Shown here piece after piece: positions 44,198-53,796 of a stretch of DNA of 64,000 nt (its first letter is position 1; the number at the start of each line of letters is the position of its first letter). A program made the translations under genes and the position numbers. This DNA comes from Nitrospirota bacterium (GTDB lineage: Bacteria > Nitrospirota > UBA9217). The stretch is taken from positions 416,001 to 480,000 of the forward strand of contig CAWJQQ010000008.1 of NCBI GenBank assembly GCA_963845065.1, given 5' to 3'. Below the pieces are notes generated by a model. It was not told where the DNA came from and ran no database searches. It was given only the letters and a program-made list of their open reading frames with translations.

Positions 44198-44813
44198 CGC
44201 ACTCCCACAGCAAAAGTGCGGTGGGTTTCTCGGGAGGGGCTCCTAGCGCATATCCATGCAAATAATTATTCGCTGATTCCGGTGGACCGTTAAATGTTCT
44301 TTTAAAATTTACCATCCTTTATAACACATAACGTTTGTGCTGCCAAGGTGTGGGCAAATGCCACGCATGATGATCTTATCATTTTATATCCCTATTTTTG
44401 ACCTACTGACCATTCCGATATACTAATCCATCTCATCGTAACCACCCCTAGCGTGAATGCACTGTCTTTGGTATACAGGTCTCTTTTATCGAAGCCTGGC
44501 TAGTTCCCCTGATATGATAGTATTGCAAATCGAGCTAGATCGAGATTTTAATACTTTCATCGAATTGACATTCAGATAAAATGCGCTTTATTGAAATTAT
44601 TGAATAGTTTTTTTGTATGATGGGTCGAGTAACGAAAATCATATTGCTAATCCACGGTGTGGATGGCCCTGCGCAGAAGTTACCCTTATCACCGTTTTTA
44701 CGAAGGGCTAGTGACAAGGTGTTGAAGCCTCAATTGAAGATATCGGCGAGCTCGCAGGCAAAATATCGTGACGCGACTTCATCGTGAAGAGTTACGAAGA
44801 AAGGAGACAACCT

Positions 44814-45680
44814 ATGACTTATATTAATGTCGGTAAAGAGAATTCGACCAATATCGATCTCTACTACGAGGACCACGGTACGGGCAAGCCTGTCGTGCTG
44901 ATACATGGCTGGCCGTTGAGCAGCAGCTCCTGGGAGAGACAGGTCCCGATCCTGCTGAATGCCGGATACCGGGTTATTGCTTACGACCGTCGAGGATTCG
45001 GAAACTCCAGCAAGCCAGTGTTGGGCTATGACTACAACACCTTCGCTGCAGATCTGGATAAGGTCATGACGAAGCTCAATATTCGCGATGCTGCATTGGT
45101 GGGTTTCTCGATGGGAGGCGGTGAGGTGGCTCGCTATCTTGGCACGTACGGAACGAAGCGGGTAAGCAAGGCGGTTTTCATGTCTGCGGTCCCGCCATTC
45201 CTTCTGAAAACGCCAGACAACCAGGAAGGCGTAGACGGCAGCGTTTTCGATGGAATTAAGACGGCCCTTGCCGCAGATCGTCCAGCATTCCTCTCAGTTT
45301 TTCTCTCAAACTTTTACAACGTCGACGTCCTTGGAGGCAAGAAGGTCAGCGACGGGGACGTTCGCCTCAGTTGGAACATCGCTGCCGGGGCCTCCCCAAA
45401 GGGCACGCTGGACTGTGTCCAAGCATGGTTGACCGACTTCCGGGAGGACCTCAAGCACATCGATGTGCCCACGCTGGTCATTCACGGCGATGACGATCGA
45501 ATTCTACCCTTCGCCGCAACGGCAAAGCGCACATCTGAGTTGGTCAAGGGGAGCCGGCTCGTGGTGGTCAAGGGCGGACCGCACGGGCTGAACTGGACAC
45601 ACGCTGAAGAAATCAACCATGAACTGTTGGACTTTCTCGGAGCGAAGCAGGAGGAGATCCGGGAGAGAGTCGCCGCATAG
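44814..45680 (+). CDS. Non-heme haloperoxidase/arylesterase alpha-beta hydrolase
   Basis: LYYEDHG, HGWP, YDRRGFG, GFSMGG, HGDDD, GPHG. Confidence 0.93.
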   Translation: MTYINVGKENSTNIDLYYEDHGTGKPVVLIHGWPLSSSSWERQVPILLNAGYRVIAYDRRGFGNSSKPVLGYDYNTFAADLDKVMTKLNIRDAALVGFSMGGGEVARYLGTYGTKRVSKAVFMSAVPPFLLKTPDNQEGVDGSVFDGIKTALAADRPAFLSVFLSNFYNVDVLGGKKVSDGDVRLSWNIAAGASPKGTLDCVQAWLTDFREDLKHIDVPTLVIHGDDDRILPFAATAKRTSELVKGSRLVVVKGGPHGLNWTHAEEINHELLDFLGAKQEEIRERVAA

Positions 45681-45856
45681 TTATCGAATGTTTTACTGTT
45701 TATTGCTTAAAAGGGGAATCGTCGGGGCATTGCGGCCTCCTTGTCAAGCCAGAGAGCGGTAGAAAAAAAAGGAGCTATTAAATCACTCGGGTAACATGTG
45801 ACACAACCCCCCTCACGATCCTCCAATTGGACAAATTAGTGTATGCTTGTATAACG

Positions 45857-46100
45857 TAGATTCGCCGGTTCAAGTTCAGCCGTGGGAGTTCAGCAGTCTA
45901 CCCAAGGAGTAGGGAAAAGGTGTCGAGAGTAAGCTAATGCACTAGCTTCCTTCACAAAGATATTATAAAGGAAAGCAAAACTGCGGGTCGGAGCATAAGC
46001 GACCTTGACAAACTCCTACCGGTAAAGCATTGGGGTTTCCCGTGTGGGGCACGTAAGATGCATCGTCGTGAGAACATATGATGCTGCTGGCAAGGCTGCT
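45857..46100 (+). mobile_element. Probable degenerate group II intron 5' (domain I) remnant, without RT ORF or domain V
   Basis: GTAGATTCGCCGGTTCAAGTTCAGCCG resembles intron 5' ends (recalled pattern); long-range helix CCGTGGGAGTT / AACTCCTACCGG. Confidence 0.5.
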
Positions 46101-46704
46101 GCGCTTATTCTAACGCAACCCGACATTACCCCACCGCGCTAAATTGATTTGCACAGTATTATGGATGACACGCCGAAGTATTCGGGGTAGGAGGGGGACG
46201 TTACCTATGTTGGAGTGGAGGGTTACTGGTATTTGCCAATGCTGCTGTGTGTCTCCCAAGGATCATATAACTTTGGGAGAGGGAAGAGGCATAGATGCAT
46301 CATTTCCTGAAAATGGGAGGATTCTGGCAGTGCATAATGCTAAAACGCCAGAGCAGGTTCGGAAATTTCTGAAATAATGTTATTTTTTGTAATGAAATGA
46401 AGCATACTGGTTACAATGTTTATTGACACATAATATCTTTTACTTGCAAAAAAAATATATCCTTTTAAATTCATAAATTATCCACGTGTAGCGATATCGT
46501 CTACCCATAAAATACGCTATCCTTGCACTCTATTACTAATATAAAAGTGCTAAAATAAAGTAACAATCCTATCCTCTCTTTTCTTCAGTTTAAAAACTAC
46601 GGGAGGTTGACTTTAGCAATATTTATTATTGAAAATTTTTTTCATATTGCCAGTCAGTCCGCGAGCACATTCTTATAAAGTTTGGTGGTTAAACGAGGAT
46701 ACAA

Positions 46705-48480
46705 ATGTTCTATAAAAATCTTGCTAAACAAAAACCCTTTAATCCCTGGCATTTTATCTGGATCACGGGAGTTGCATCTGAATTACTTACGGCCTTTTTG
46801 ACTTTTATGCAGTACTCGCTATTTTTAAAAACCAATTTGCCCCACCTATTGATGGTTGGCGCTATAGATGCGTTATTTGTCCCTATAATGGTTGCTCCGA
46901 TCATTGTTTATTTTACGAGGCAAGGCGCTGAAATTCAAAAACACACTAAGCAACTTCAACACGAAATTGTGGCGCGCAAGCAGGTAGAGGATGCCTTGTC
47001 GTCATCAGAAGCGCGATTCAGGACCATTATCGAAAACGCTTCCACTGGCATCGTTGTCGCTGATGCTGAGGTCAGACGTTTCCGGTATGCTAATCCAGAG
47101 ATCTGCCGTATGCTGGGGTATAGTTACGACGAACTTATGGCGCTCGACGTAATGGCCATCCATCCGGTTGCCGAACAGCGTGGTGTGGTTCAATTTGCCG
47201 CTAATCGGAACATGCAGACCCTCTGCCTTCGCAAGGATGGAACGGTATTCCCCGTGGATATCAAGTCAGCGGCTCTGGAAATTGACGGAAGGTTGTGCCA
47301 TGCAGGATTTTTCACTGACATCTCGGAAAGACGTCTCCTCGAAGAGGAGCGGCTCAAGACCCAGAAACTTGAAGCCATTGGCACACTGGCCGGAGGCATA
47401 GCTCATGACTTCAATAACTTGTTGCAGGGAGTATTCGGCTATATTTCCCTTGCAAAGCTGGTTAGGGATGATAGGGAAAAAAGTTTTTCAGCACTCGAAC
47501 AAGCCGAGAAGGCGCTGCACATGTCGGTTAAACTGACAAATCAGCTTCTGACCTTCGCGAAAGGCGGTGAGCCGTTAAAGAAACCGCTTGATCTCCGGTC
47601 GGTGATCGAGAATGCGGCGAAATTCGCCCTGAGCGGCTCACGCTCGGATTATCGCATCGTTATGGAAGACCGACTCTGGCAAATAGAGGCGGACGAAAGC
47701 CAGATCGGTCAGGCAATCCAGAATATCGTGCTGAATGCCGATCAGGCAATGCCGCGAGGTGGCCGCGTGGAGATTGCGGTGAGAAACATCGACTTTTCAA
47801 TTAAGGGTTTGCCTCTGAGTTTGCAGCAGGCGAAATACATTGAGATTGCCATCAATGACAGCGGCATCGGGATACCGGAACAGTACTTGGGCAGGATTTT
47901 TGATCCCTATTTCACGACCAAAGAACGCGGAAGCGGTTTGGGTCTCGCGACATCCTATTCCATAATAAAAAACCATGAGGGCCTTATTGACGCTAAATCC
48001 GAAGCGGGCAAAGGAACGACGTTTTTCATTTACCTGCCGGCGACAGAAACGACGCAAAAAGAGGTGATGGACAAACCAATAGCAGCGGCAGCATCGAGTC
48101 GTTCAGGAATAGTACTTGTCATGGACGACGAACCGGTCATCCGGGATGTTGCCGGGAAATTGATCGTCGCTCTCGGTCATACAGTAGCATTCGCGACCTG
48201 TGGTGAAGAGGCTGTCGAGAAGTATGAGAAGGCGCGGCAGGCAGGCAAAGCATATGATGTCGTGATTCTCGATCTAACGATACGGGGCGGGATGGGCGGA
48301 GCAGAGACGGTTAGGAAGCTGAAAGAAATGGATGACAACGTAATGGCGGTTGTATCGAGCGGCTACTCTGATGATGCCGTGATATCGCACTACCGTGACC
48401 ATGGTTTCAAGGCATTTCTCAAGAAGCCCTATAATGTTGATGACCTCGGCAGGGTTCTCAATACGCTGCTTAGTATCTAG
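46705..48480 (+). CDS. Membrane PAS hybrid sensor histidine kinase/response regulator
   Basis: Two TM helices, PAS, H-box AGGIAHDFNN, FDPYFTTK..GSGLGL, receiver VILD. Confidence 0.95.
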   Translation: MFYKNLAKQKPFNPWHFIWITGVASELLTAFLTFMQYSLFLKTNLPHLLMVGAIDALFVPIMVAPIIVYFTRQGAEIQKHTKQLQHEIVARKQVEDALSSSEARFRTIIENASTGIVVADAEVRRFRYANPEICRMLGYSYDELMALDVMAIHPVAEQRGVVQFAANRNMQTLCLRKDGTVFPVDIKSAALEIDGRLCHAGFFTDISERRLLEEERLKTQKLEAIGTLAGGIAHDFNNLLQGVFGYISLAKLVRDDREKSFSALEQAEKALHMSVKLTNQLLTFAKGGEPLKKPLDLRSVIENAAKFALSGSRSDYRIVMEDRLWQIEADESQIGQAIQNIVLNADQAMPRGGRVEIAVRNIDFSIKGLPLSLQQAKYIEIAINDSGIGIPEQYLGRIFDPYFTTKERGSGLGLATSYSIIKNHEGLIDAKSEAGKGTTFFIYLPATETTQKEVMDKPIAAAASSRSGIVLVMDDEPVIRDVAGKLIVALGHTVAFATCGEEAVEKYEKARQAGKAYDVVILDLTIRGGMGGAETVRKLKEMDDNVMAVVSSGYSDDAVISHYRDHGFKAFLKKPYNVDDLGRVLNTLLSI

Positions 48481-48686
48481 TGTAGTCCGTCTGATGGCTT
48501 TTTACAATTAGCGACCTTGGATTATATCTGTGCCACAGGTATGGTCCACACATGAGCACCTGAGGATTTTGATTGCGATTGTCGGCATGTGTCGGATCTT
48601 GAAAGCATTAATCACGGCAGGTTCATTTCGAATTTTAGGGTCACCTATGATACTTCGCATATTCCGCGCCAGATGGAGGACAGGAT

Positions 48687-49028
48687 ATGATGCTTGATTG
48701 GAATGATTATCACAAACAGCTTGCCGCCACGATCGCGGATATTGGCAGGATTAATCCTGATACCATCCGCGGGTATCGTGATCTCAGCAGCGCCCCCGCG
48801 AAGCTTGGGAAACTCGATCCCAAAACCCGCGAACTGATCGCGCTGGCGGTAGGGGTCACCCGGCAGTGCGACGGTTGCATCGTCACCCATACGGATGCCG
48901 CGATCAAGAACGGGGCCACAAGGGAAGAGATCATGGAAGCGCTTGGGGTTGCCATCGCCGTGAACGCCGGCGCGGCCCTCGTATATTCGGCCAGGGTCAT
49001 GGATGCGTATCTCGCAAAGAAAGCTTGA
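48687..49028 (+). CDS. Carboxymuconolactone decarboxylase/AhpD-family protein
   Basis: LDPKTRELIALAV...CDGCI..H. Confidence 0.93.
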   Translation: MMLDWNDYHKQLAATIADIGRINPDTIRGYRDLSSAPAKLGKLDPKTRELIALAVGVTRQCDGCIVTHTDAAIKNGATREEIMEALGVAIAVNAGAALVYSARVMDAYLAKKA

Positions 49029-49156
49029 TCCGCATTGCGGTCGAACATGAGACAATACTTCCACGAGGCATTCATGAATCAGTTTTATAACAAAAAAATT
49101 AAATGAATGCGAAAATAATGGTGAAGAGTGGTCTGTAGCCTGCGCCAGGCAAAAGA

Positions 49157-49612
49157 ATGGCAATAGGGAGCGCAATTGTGATTCGTTATTATCGACAGAC
49201 GATCGTCATATTATCGGTTTGTGTTTTAGTTTCTGTCTTAATCCTTTCATGTAATTCAAGTAATCAAGATACAATTGGACCTAATGGACCTGTTGGACCT
49301 GTTGGGGGCCCTTGCACCTACAGTAGCGTTACAGGGACAGCCGATATCATGTCCATTGATACTGTTACAGGTGGAGTCGCAGCCTCTTTCGCTTTTACTC
49401 CAACTGACCCTAATACCGCAGCCAAATATGGAGAGGGTAATAGCGGGATCTTATATACAGGATCTGGTCAGCTGCCTAGTGTTGAATTGATTTCCTCAAA
49501 CGGTATTACGTCTGGAGAATTTCTTCCAGCTATCCGTGAAGAAATAGTTATGGGGGCATGCACTCCTTGGTTGTATACCTTCCCAACGCTTTCTAATCTT
49601 TATGGACAGTAG
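49157..49612 (+). CDS. Hypothetical lipoprotein
   Basis: Hydrophobic signal ending ILSC; VGGPCTY and GACTP cysteine pair. Confidence 0.6.
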   Translation: MAIGSAIVIRYYRQTIVILSVCVLVSVLILSCNSSNQDTIGPNGPVGPVGGPCTYSSVTGTADIMSIDTVTGGVAASFAFTPTDPNTAAKYGEGNSGILYTGSGQLPSVELISSNGITSGEFLPAIREEIVMGACTPWLYTFPTLSNLYGQ

Positions 49613-49731
49613 TAATTCTACAAGAATTGGTGTGGGAGAGTCGAGGATAGAGTGAGCGCTTGATGCGGTTTGTTCACCCCAATCACCCCGTTGCCCCGCC
49701 CATGGTTTCCATTACCAGAAGGAGAGATCAC

Positions 49732-50751
49732 ATGCGACAGGTCTGGGTCACTCGTGTTGGCCCGCCAGAGGTACTCGTGCTCCGCGAGGCGCCCGATCCT
49801 GCTCCGAATACGGGAGAGGTTCTGATCCGCGTCCGGGCTTCGGGTGTCAACTTCGCCGACATCATGGCTCGGCTTGGACTCTATCCAGACGCTCCTAAGC
49901 TGCCTGCGGTCGTCGGTTATGAGATTGCCGGCGACATTGCTGAGGTTGGCGATGGAGTGACTCGCTCAATTGGTGAAAAAGTCTTTGCAATTACACACTT
50001 TGGTGGCTATACCGATAAAATCTGTTTACCCGCCGCTCAGGCTTTACCGCTTCCCGAAGGCATGAGCTACGAGGAAGGCGTTGCCATCCCGGTCAACTAT
50101 CTGACTGCATACCAGATGCTCGTTCAAATGGGCTCGCTTAAGTCAGGAGAGCGCGTGCTTGTCCACAGTGCGGGGGGCGGGGTGGGCCTCGCCGCAATCG
50201 ACCTCTGCAAGATACATGGGGCTGAGGTTTTCGGAACGGCCTCGGCCTTGAAGCACGCCTTCCTCCTTGCGCGAGGTGTGGCTCATGTGATTGACTACAC
50301 CAAGCAGGATTATGAAGCGGAGGTGAAACATTTGACGGGTGGTCGCGGGGTACACATCGTATTGGACGCGATGGGCGGTGAGCACTGGAAGAGGGGCTAC
50401 CGATGCCTCGCACCGAGCGGGCGGCTGGTAATGTTTGGGCTTTCCAATGCCGTCAGGGGCAAAACCCGCTCGATGCTATCGCTTTTAAAGACATTGCTTA
50501 AAACGCCGTTTTTCAGCTTTCCACCGACGCGACTCATTAACGACAACAAAGCGATCATTGGTGTTAACCTCGGCCACATGTGGGGCGAAACGGAGCTTTT
50601 CAGAAGGTGGCTTCTTCAAATCCTCGACTGGTACCGGGAGGGCAAGATCCATCCAACCGTTGACGCGCGCTTCGCGCTCGCGGAGGCTCGTGCGGCGCAT
50701 CACTACATCCAGGATCGTAAAAACATCGGAAAAGTTGTCCTGGTCCCTTGA
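49732..50751 (+). CDS. VAT-1-like NADPH:quinone oxidoreductase (MDR superfamily)
   Basis: GVNFAD, PVNYLTAY, VHSAGGGVG, KNIGKVVL. Confidence 0.92.
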   Translation: MRQVWVTRVGPPEVLVLREAPDPAPNTGEVLIRVRASGVNFADIMARLGLYPDAPKLPAVVGYEIAGDIAEVGDGVTRSIGEKVFAITHFGGYTDKICLPAAQALPLPEGMSYEEGVAIPVNYLTAYQMLVQMGSLKSGERVLVHSAGGGVGLAAIDLCKIHGAEVFGTASALKHAFLLARGVAHVIDYTKQDYEAEVKHLTGGRGVHIVLDAMGGEHWKRGYRCLAPSGRLVMFGLSNAVRGKTRSMLSLLKTLLKTPFFSFPPTRLINDNKAIIGVNLGHMWGETELFRRWLLQILDWYREGKIHPTVDARFALAEARAAHHYIQDRKNIGKVVLVP

Positions 50752-50873
50752 AGATAGGTTATTCCCCGATGATATGAGTGCCAAGATTAACAGGTAAAAT
50801 ATGGATCATTTGTTTTTTCTTCTTAGACCCATCTATGAATACTGCTATAATATTTTAAAAGGAGGTGTCTAAT

Positions 50874-51287
50874 ATGGTGGATACTGTCAGGAAAGTGGTC
50901 TATTTTGCGATGGATGTATCTAACAAACCGGGTGAGGGGGCACGGGTGCTGGGCGCCTTGGCAGATGCCGGAGTGAACCTTTTGGCGTTTTCGGGGTTCC
51001 CAAACGGCAGGAAGGCGCAACTCGATATTGTCCCGGAGGATGTCGTCATGTTTAAGAATGCTGCCAAGGCGGCGAAGATCAAGACACGTCCCCAGAAGTT
51101 CGGGTTCCTAGTACAAGGTGATGACCGGAAGGGCGCCACGGCGGAACTGCTCAAGAAGATGGCAGAAAAAAAGATTAACGTTACGGCCATTGACGCTGTG
51201 TCGGCGGGAGTGGGCCGCTATGCTGCTATCCTCTGGGTAGGGACGAAGGACGTGAGCAAGGCGGCGAAGGCGCTGGAAGCAAGCTAG
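50874..51287 (+). CDS. Tandem ACT-like domain protein
   Basis: NKPGEGARVL.ALADAGVNL and DDRKGA..ELL.KMAEKKINV. Confidence 0.75.
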   Translation: MVDTVRKVVYFAMDVSNKPGEGARVLGALADAGVNLLAFSGFPNGRKAQLDIVPEDVVMFKNAAKAAKIKTRPQKFGFLVQGDDRKGATAELLKKMAEKKINVTAIDAVSAGVGRYAAILWVGTKDVSKAAKALEAS

Positions 51288-51532
51288 ACACTTTTTGACC
51301 AACAGCTCATTAATTGTATCAAAGGGCGAGAAGGGCGTGTCGGTTATGACATGCCCTTCCTGTATTAGGGCTGCGGAGCGTATGCCACAGTGCTTGACTC
51401 TGATTCATTCATCTCGTTTACCAAACTATCCGCAGAAAGCCCCTGGTTTTAACCATGGGGATGAATGCGGGAACTTTGTTTTTCGGTAATTAGTAGACAA
51501 ATGTACATCTATGTGGTATATTTAAGCAACCA

Positions 51533-52067
51533 ATGCCGAATAAACCTAAAACCCCATCTCTTATCCACGAGTTTCAACTCGTAGTGACTCCAAAGGACAA
51601 TCGAATGCTCGATGCCCGGCCACAAAGCCGAAAACGCTGGCGGTAAAGTAACCGAGTTTTCTACCCGGAGCACAAAGCTTTCCCAGACATGCCATTGCGG
51701 AACAGTAGCCCAAAAATCATTGTCCCAAAGATGGCATGCCTGCAACTGCGGGGTAAGCACCCAGCGTGATCTCTATTCCGCATTCCTTGCAAAGCATGTT
51801 TCTAACGATGTCCTCGACACGCGTCAGGCTGCCAAAGCCTGGCCGGGTGCAAACCTGCTCCTGGAACGGGCGGTGTTGGGGGTGCAGCATGAAGCGGCAA
51901 AGGGTCGAATTCATCCAACCAGCTTCGGTATCAAGCAAGAGAACACCACGAACCGGAGACAGAGCTGCTCGTCCGTTAAAGGCGGATCAACGACAGTCGA
52001 GGCCGACAACGTTCGTATTGTTGCCGGAGAGCCTGTCGGTACAGCCGCTAGAACCCCCTGGCCTTAG
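51533..52067 (+). pseudogene. tnpB: tnpB pseudogene (1001-bp internal deletion, frameshifted)
   Basis: About 29 N-terminal codons fused out of frame to the C-terminal zinc-ribbon/RuvC-III segment. Confidence 0.9.
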
Positions 52068-52161
52068 ACATGGGGAGTGGTCACTCTTGTCCAAAATAGG
52101 TTTTTGTTTTGGACAGCATTTTGATACTGGAAATATTTCAGGGCAACCAGAGTCGTTTGAA

Positions 52162-53796
52162 CCTAAAAAGAGCAGTTGCCCTCAGTCAGAGCCACTTATC
52201 CACACCATAGCGGTAGCAGTTCAGGATCATGCAACGGTTTCCCGCCCAGTAATTTAAAGAATGCACGGCTTAAGATGCGTCGCCATCGCTCACTTGGGGT
52301 CAACTGCTCCGCAGTTGTTTTCAGAATGGCCAAAAAACTTGATATCTCGTCGAGAATGCGCTGAACTTTCTCAGATTTTGCGTGCGTGCTCGTGATGGTT
52401 ACCATAATCTGTCCCTGGTGGCGTGTCTGTTTGCCAACCGCATGCAGAAGGAGCGGACGGCTCGTAATTGCCTCCAAGTGCTTGTCCGGATGAGCAAGTC
52501 GCACGAAGAGCGACCACCAGTTGTAGACTAATGCTACGATCCTCGCCATAAAGCTGCAGCGCTTAAGGTCCTGGGTCGTATATCCGCCCCAGCCCCACTG
52601 ATTCTTCAACTCATCAAAAACATTCTCGGCATCCGCACGATCGCGGTAGTGTTGGGCAATGGTGAGGATCTCGTCTTCGAGGGTGGTGGCCAGTACCGCA
52701 TACTCATATCGCTTGGCTGCTTCGGCCGTTTCAACAATGCCAAGTTCTATCTGATCCTTCTGCTTCAGGCTTATTGCTACGTCTCCCGTGAGCGCCCGAC
52801 GAAGAATAATAACGCGACGGGGTTTCAGCCATCCCAACAGTTGTAGGGTTTCTTCCACACCTTCCCATCCCTGACCGGCATCGGTCCAGTCGTTGCTATT
52901 AAATGCCTTCTCAATAAGCTTCCGTACATTCTTAGTGAGGCGCAGCTTCACGAGATAGGGCAAGCCTTTTTCTTCCGCCTGACTCATGAAGCCGTCCGTA
53001 CCCCAGCCTGAATCCCCCCGGAAAAAGACGGGCCAAAAACGGCGTGGGACTCGTTCCAGGAGCTTCCATAACCCCGGAGTGCTGTAACACGTTGCTGTTT
53101 TGTTCCCGGCCTGCACCTCTACATCCAGAACAAGTCGTGTATTGGCCATCAGGTAACTGTGATAGGTGTGGGAAGGCCTGCCGGGTTTATGCGGATTGTA
53201 ACCAAGCACCGCTCCCTCTTGTTTTCCATACAACGGCTTGACCGTCGTATCACCATCCATAATCCATGGCATGCACAACAGGGATTCATAACATCGCCTC
53301 ATGTGCTCGGTAAGCCATGAGACACCGGCATGCTCATCCATCTGTTTAAATCCCCGCCGTACGGTGTCTTCGCTCACTATCTTGGTCATACCGAGCAGTG
53401 CCGGATTGACGTTATCGCTCCGAACGTTCGTTATGTGTGAATAGCGATGGTGGCCGGCGAGAACGGACAGCAGGACGGTACCGAGAAGATCGCGTTTCTC
53501 GGGCGCGTTAGGGCTCGTGTAGTGCAGCGGACAGTCTGTTACCCATGGCTCATAGATACCGCCTGTTTTCAAAAAATCGATAAAGAAGGCCAGCTGGCCC
53601 AATGGCGTGACCGCTGCTGTCGGATCCCATTCGACATGTACTTTTCCTGCAAAGGTATCGACAGTAATTCGATCTGTTTTATCTGCAGACGTAGATGAAA
53701 TCGAGTCACCCATTGGGTGAGACCTCCTTGTTATAAGAAGTATCACAGTATCCAATAGTTATCTTAGATTTGCAATATCTAACTGCCGTTTACAGG
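52162..53796 (-). mobile_element. IS1380-family insertion sequence
   Basis: Imperfect IRs CCTAAAAAGAGCAGTT and CCTGTAAACGGCAGTT; TSD TTGAA at 52157-52161 and 53797-53801. Confidence 0.88.
52196..53713 (-). CDS. IS1380-family DDE transposase
   Basis: MDGDTTVKPLYG.QEG, RGDSGWG, YRDRADAENVFDELKNQWGWGG. Confidence 0.9.
   Translation of the reverse strand: MGDSISSTSADKTDRITVDTFAGKVHVEWDPTAAVTPLGQLAFFIDFLKTGGIYEPWVTDCPLHYTSPNAPEKRDLLGTVLLSVLAGHHRYSHITNVRSDNVNPALLGMTKIVSEDTVRRGFKQMDEHAGVSWLTEHMRRCYESLLCMPWIMDGDTTVKPLYGKQEGAVLGYNPHKPGRPSHTYHSYLMANTRLVLDVEVQAGNKTATCYSTPGLWKLLERVPRRFWPVFFRGDSGWGTDGFMSQAEEKGLPYLVKLRLTKNVRKLIEKAFNSNDWTDAGQGWEGVEETLQLLGWLKPRRVIILRRALTGDVAISLKQKDQIELGIVETAEAAKRYEYAVLATTLEDEILTIAQHYRDRADAENVFDELKNQWGWGGYTTQDLKRCSFMARIVALVYNWWSLFVRLAHPDKHLEAITSRPLLLHAVGKQTRHQGQIMVTITSTHAKSEKVQRILDEISSFLAILKTTAEQLTPSERWRRILSRAFFKLLGGKPLHDPELLPLWCG

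Noticed and set aside
45860..45900. GGTTCAAGT as a tRNA T-loop, or the region as 6S RNA
   Set aside because: There is no cloverleaf or acceptor stem, and no continuous 6S-like rod; an intron remnant fits better.
46144..46377. Short ORF as a DUF1801-like gene remnant
   Set aside because: The resemblance (KDHITLG.GRG) is too weak to support without a search.
51612..52067. 151-aa ORF as a functional mini-TnpB
   Set aside because: Its ATG is only brought in frame by the deletion, it has no Shine-Dalgarno, and it lacks RuvC-I/II and the recognition lobe.
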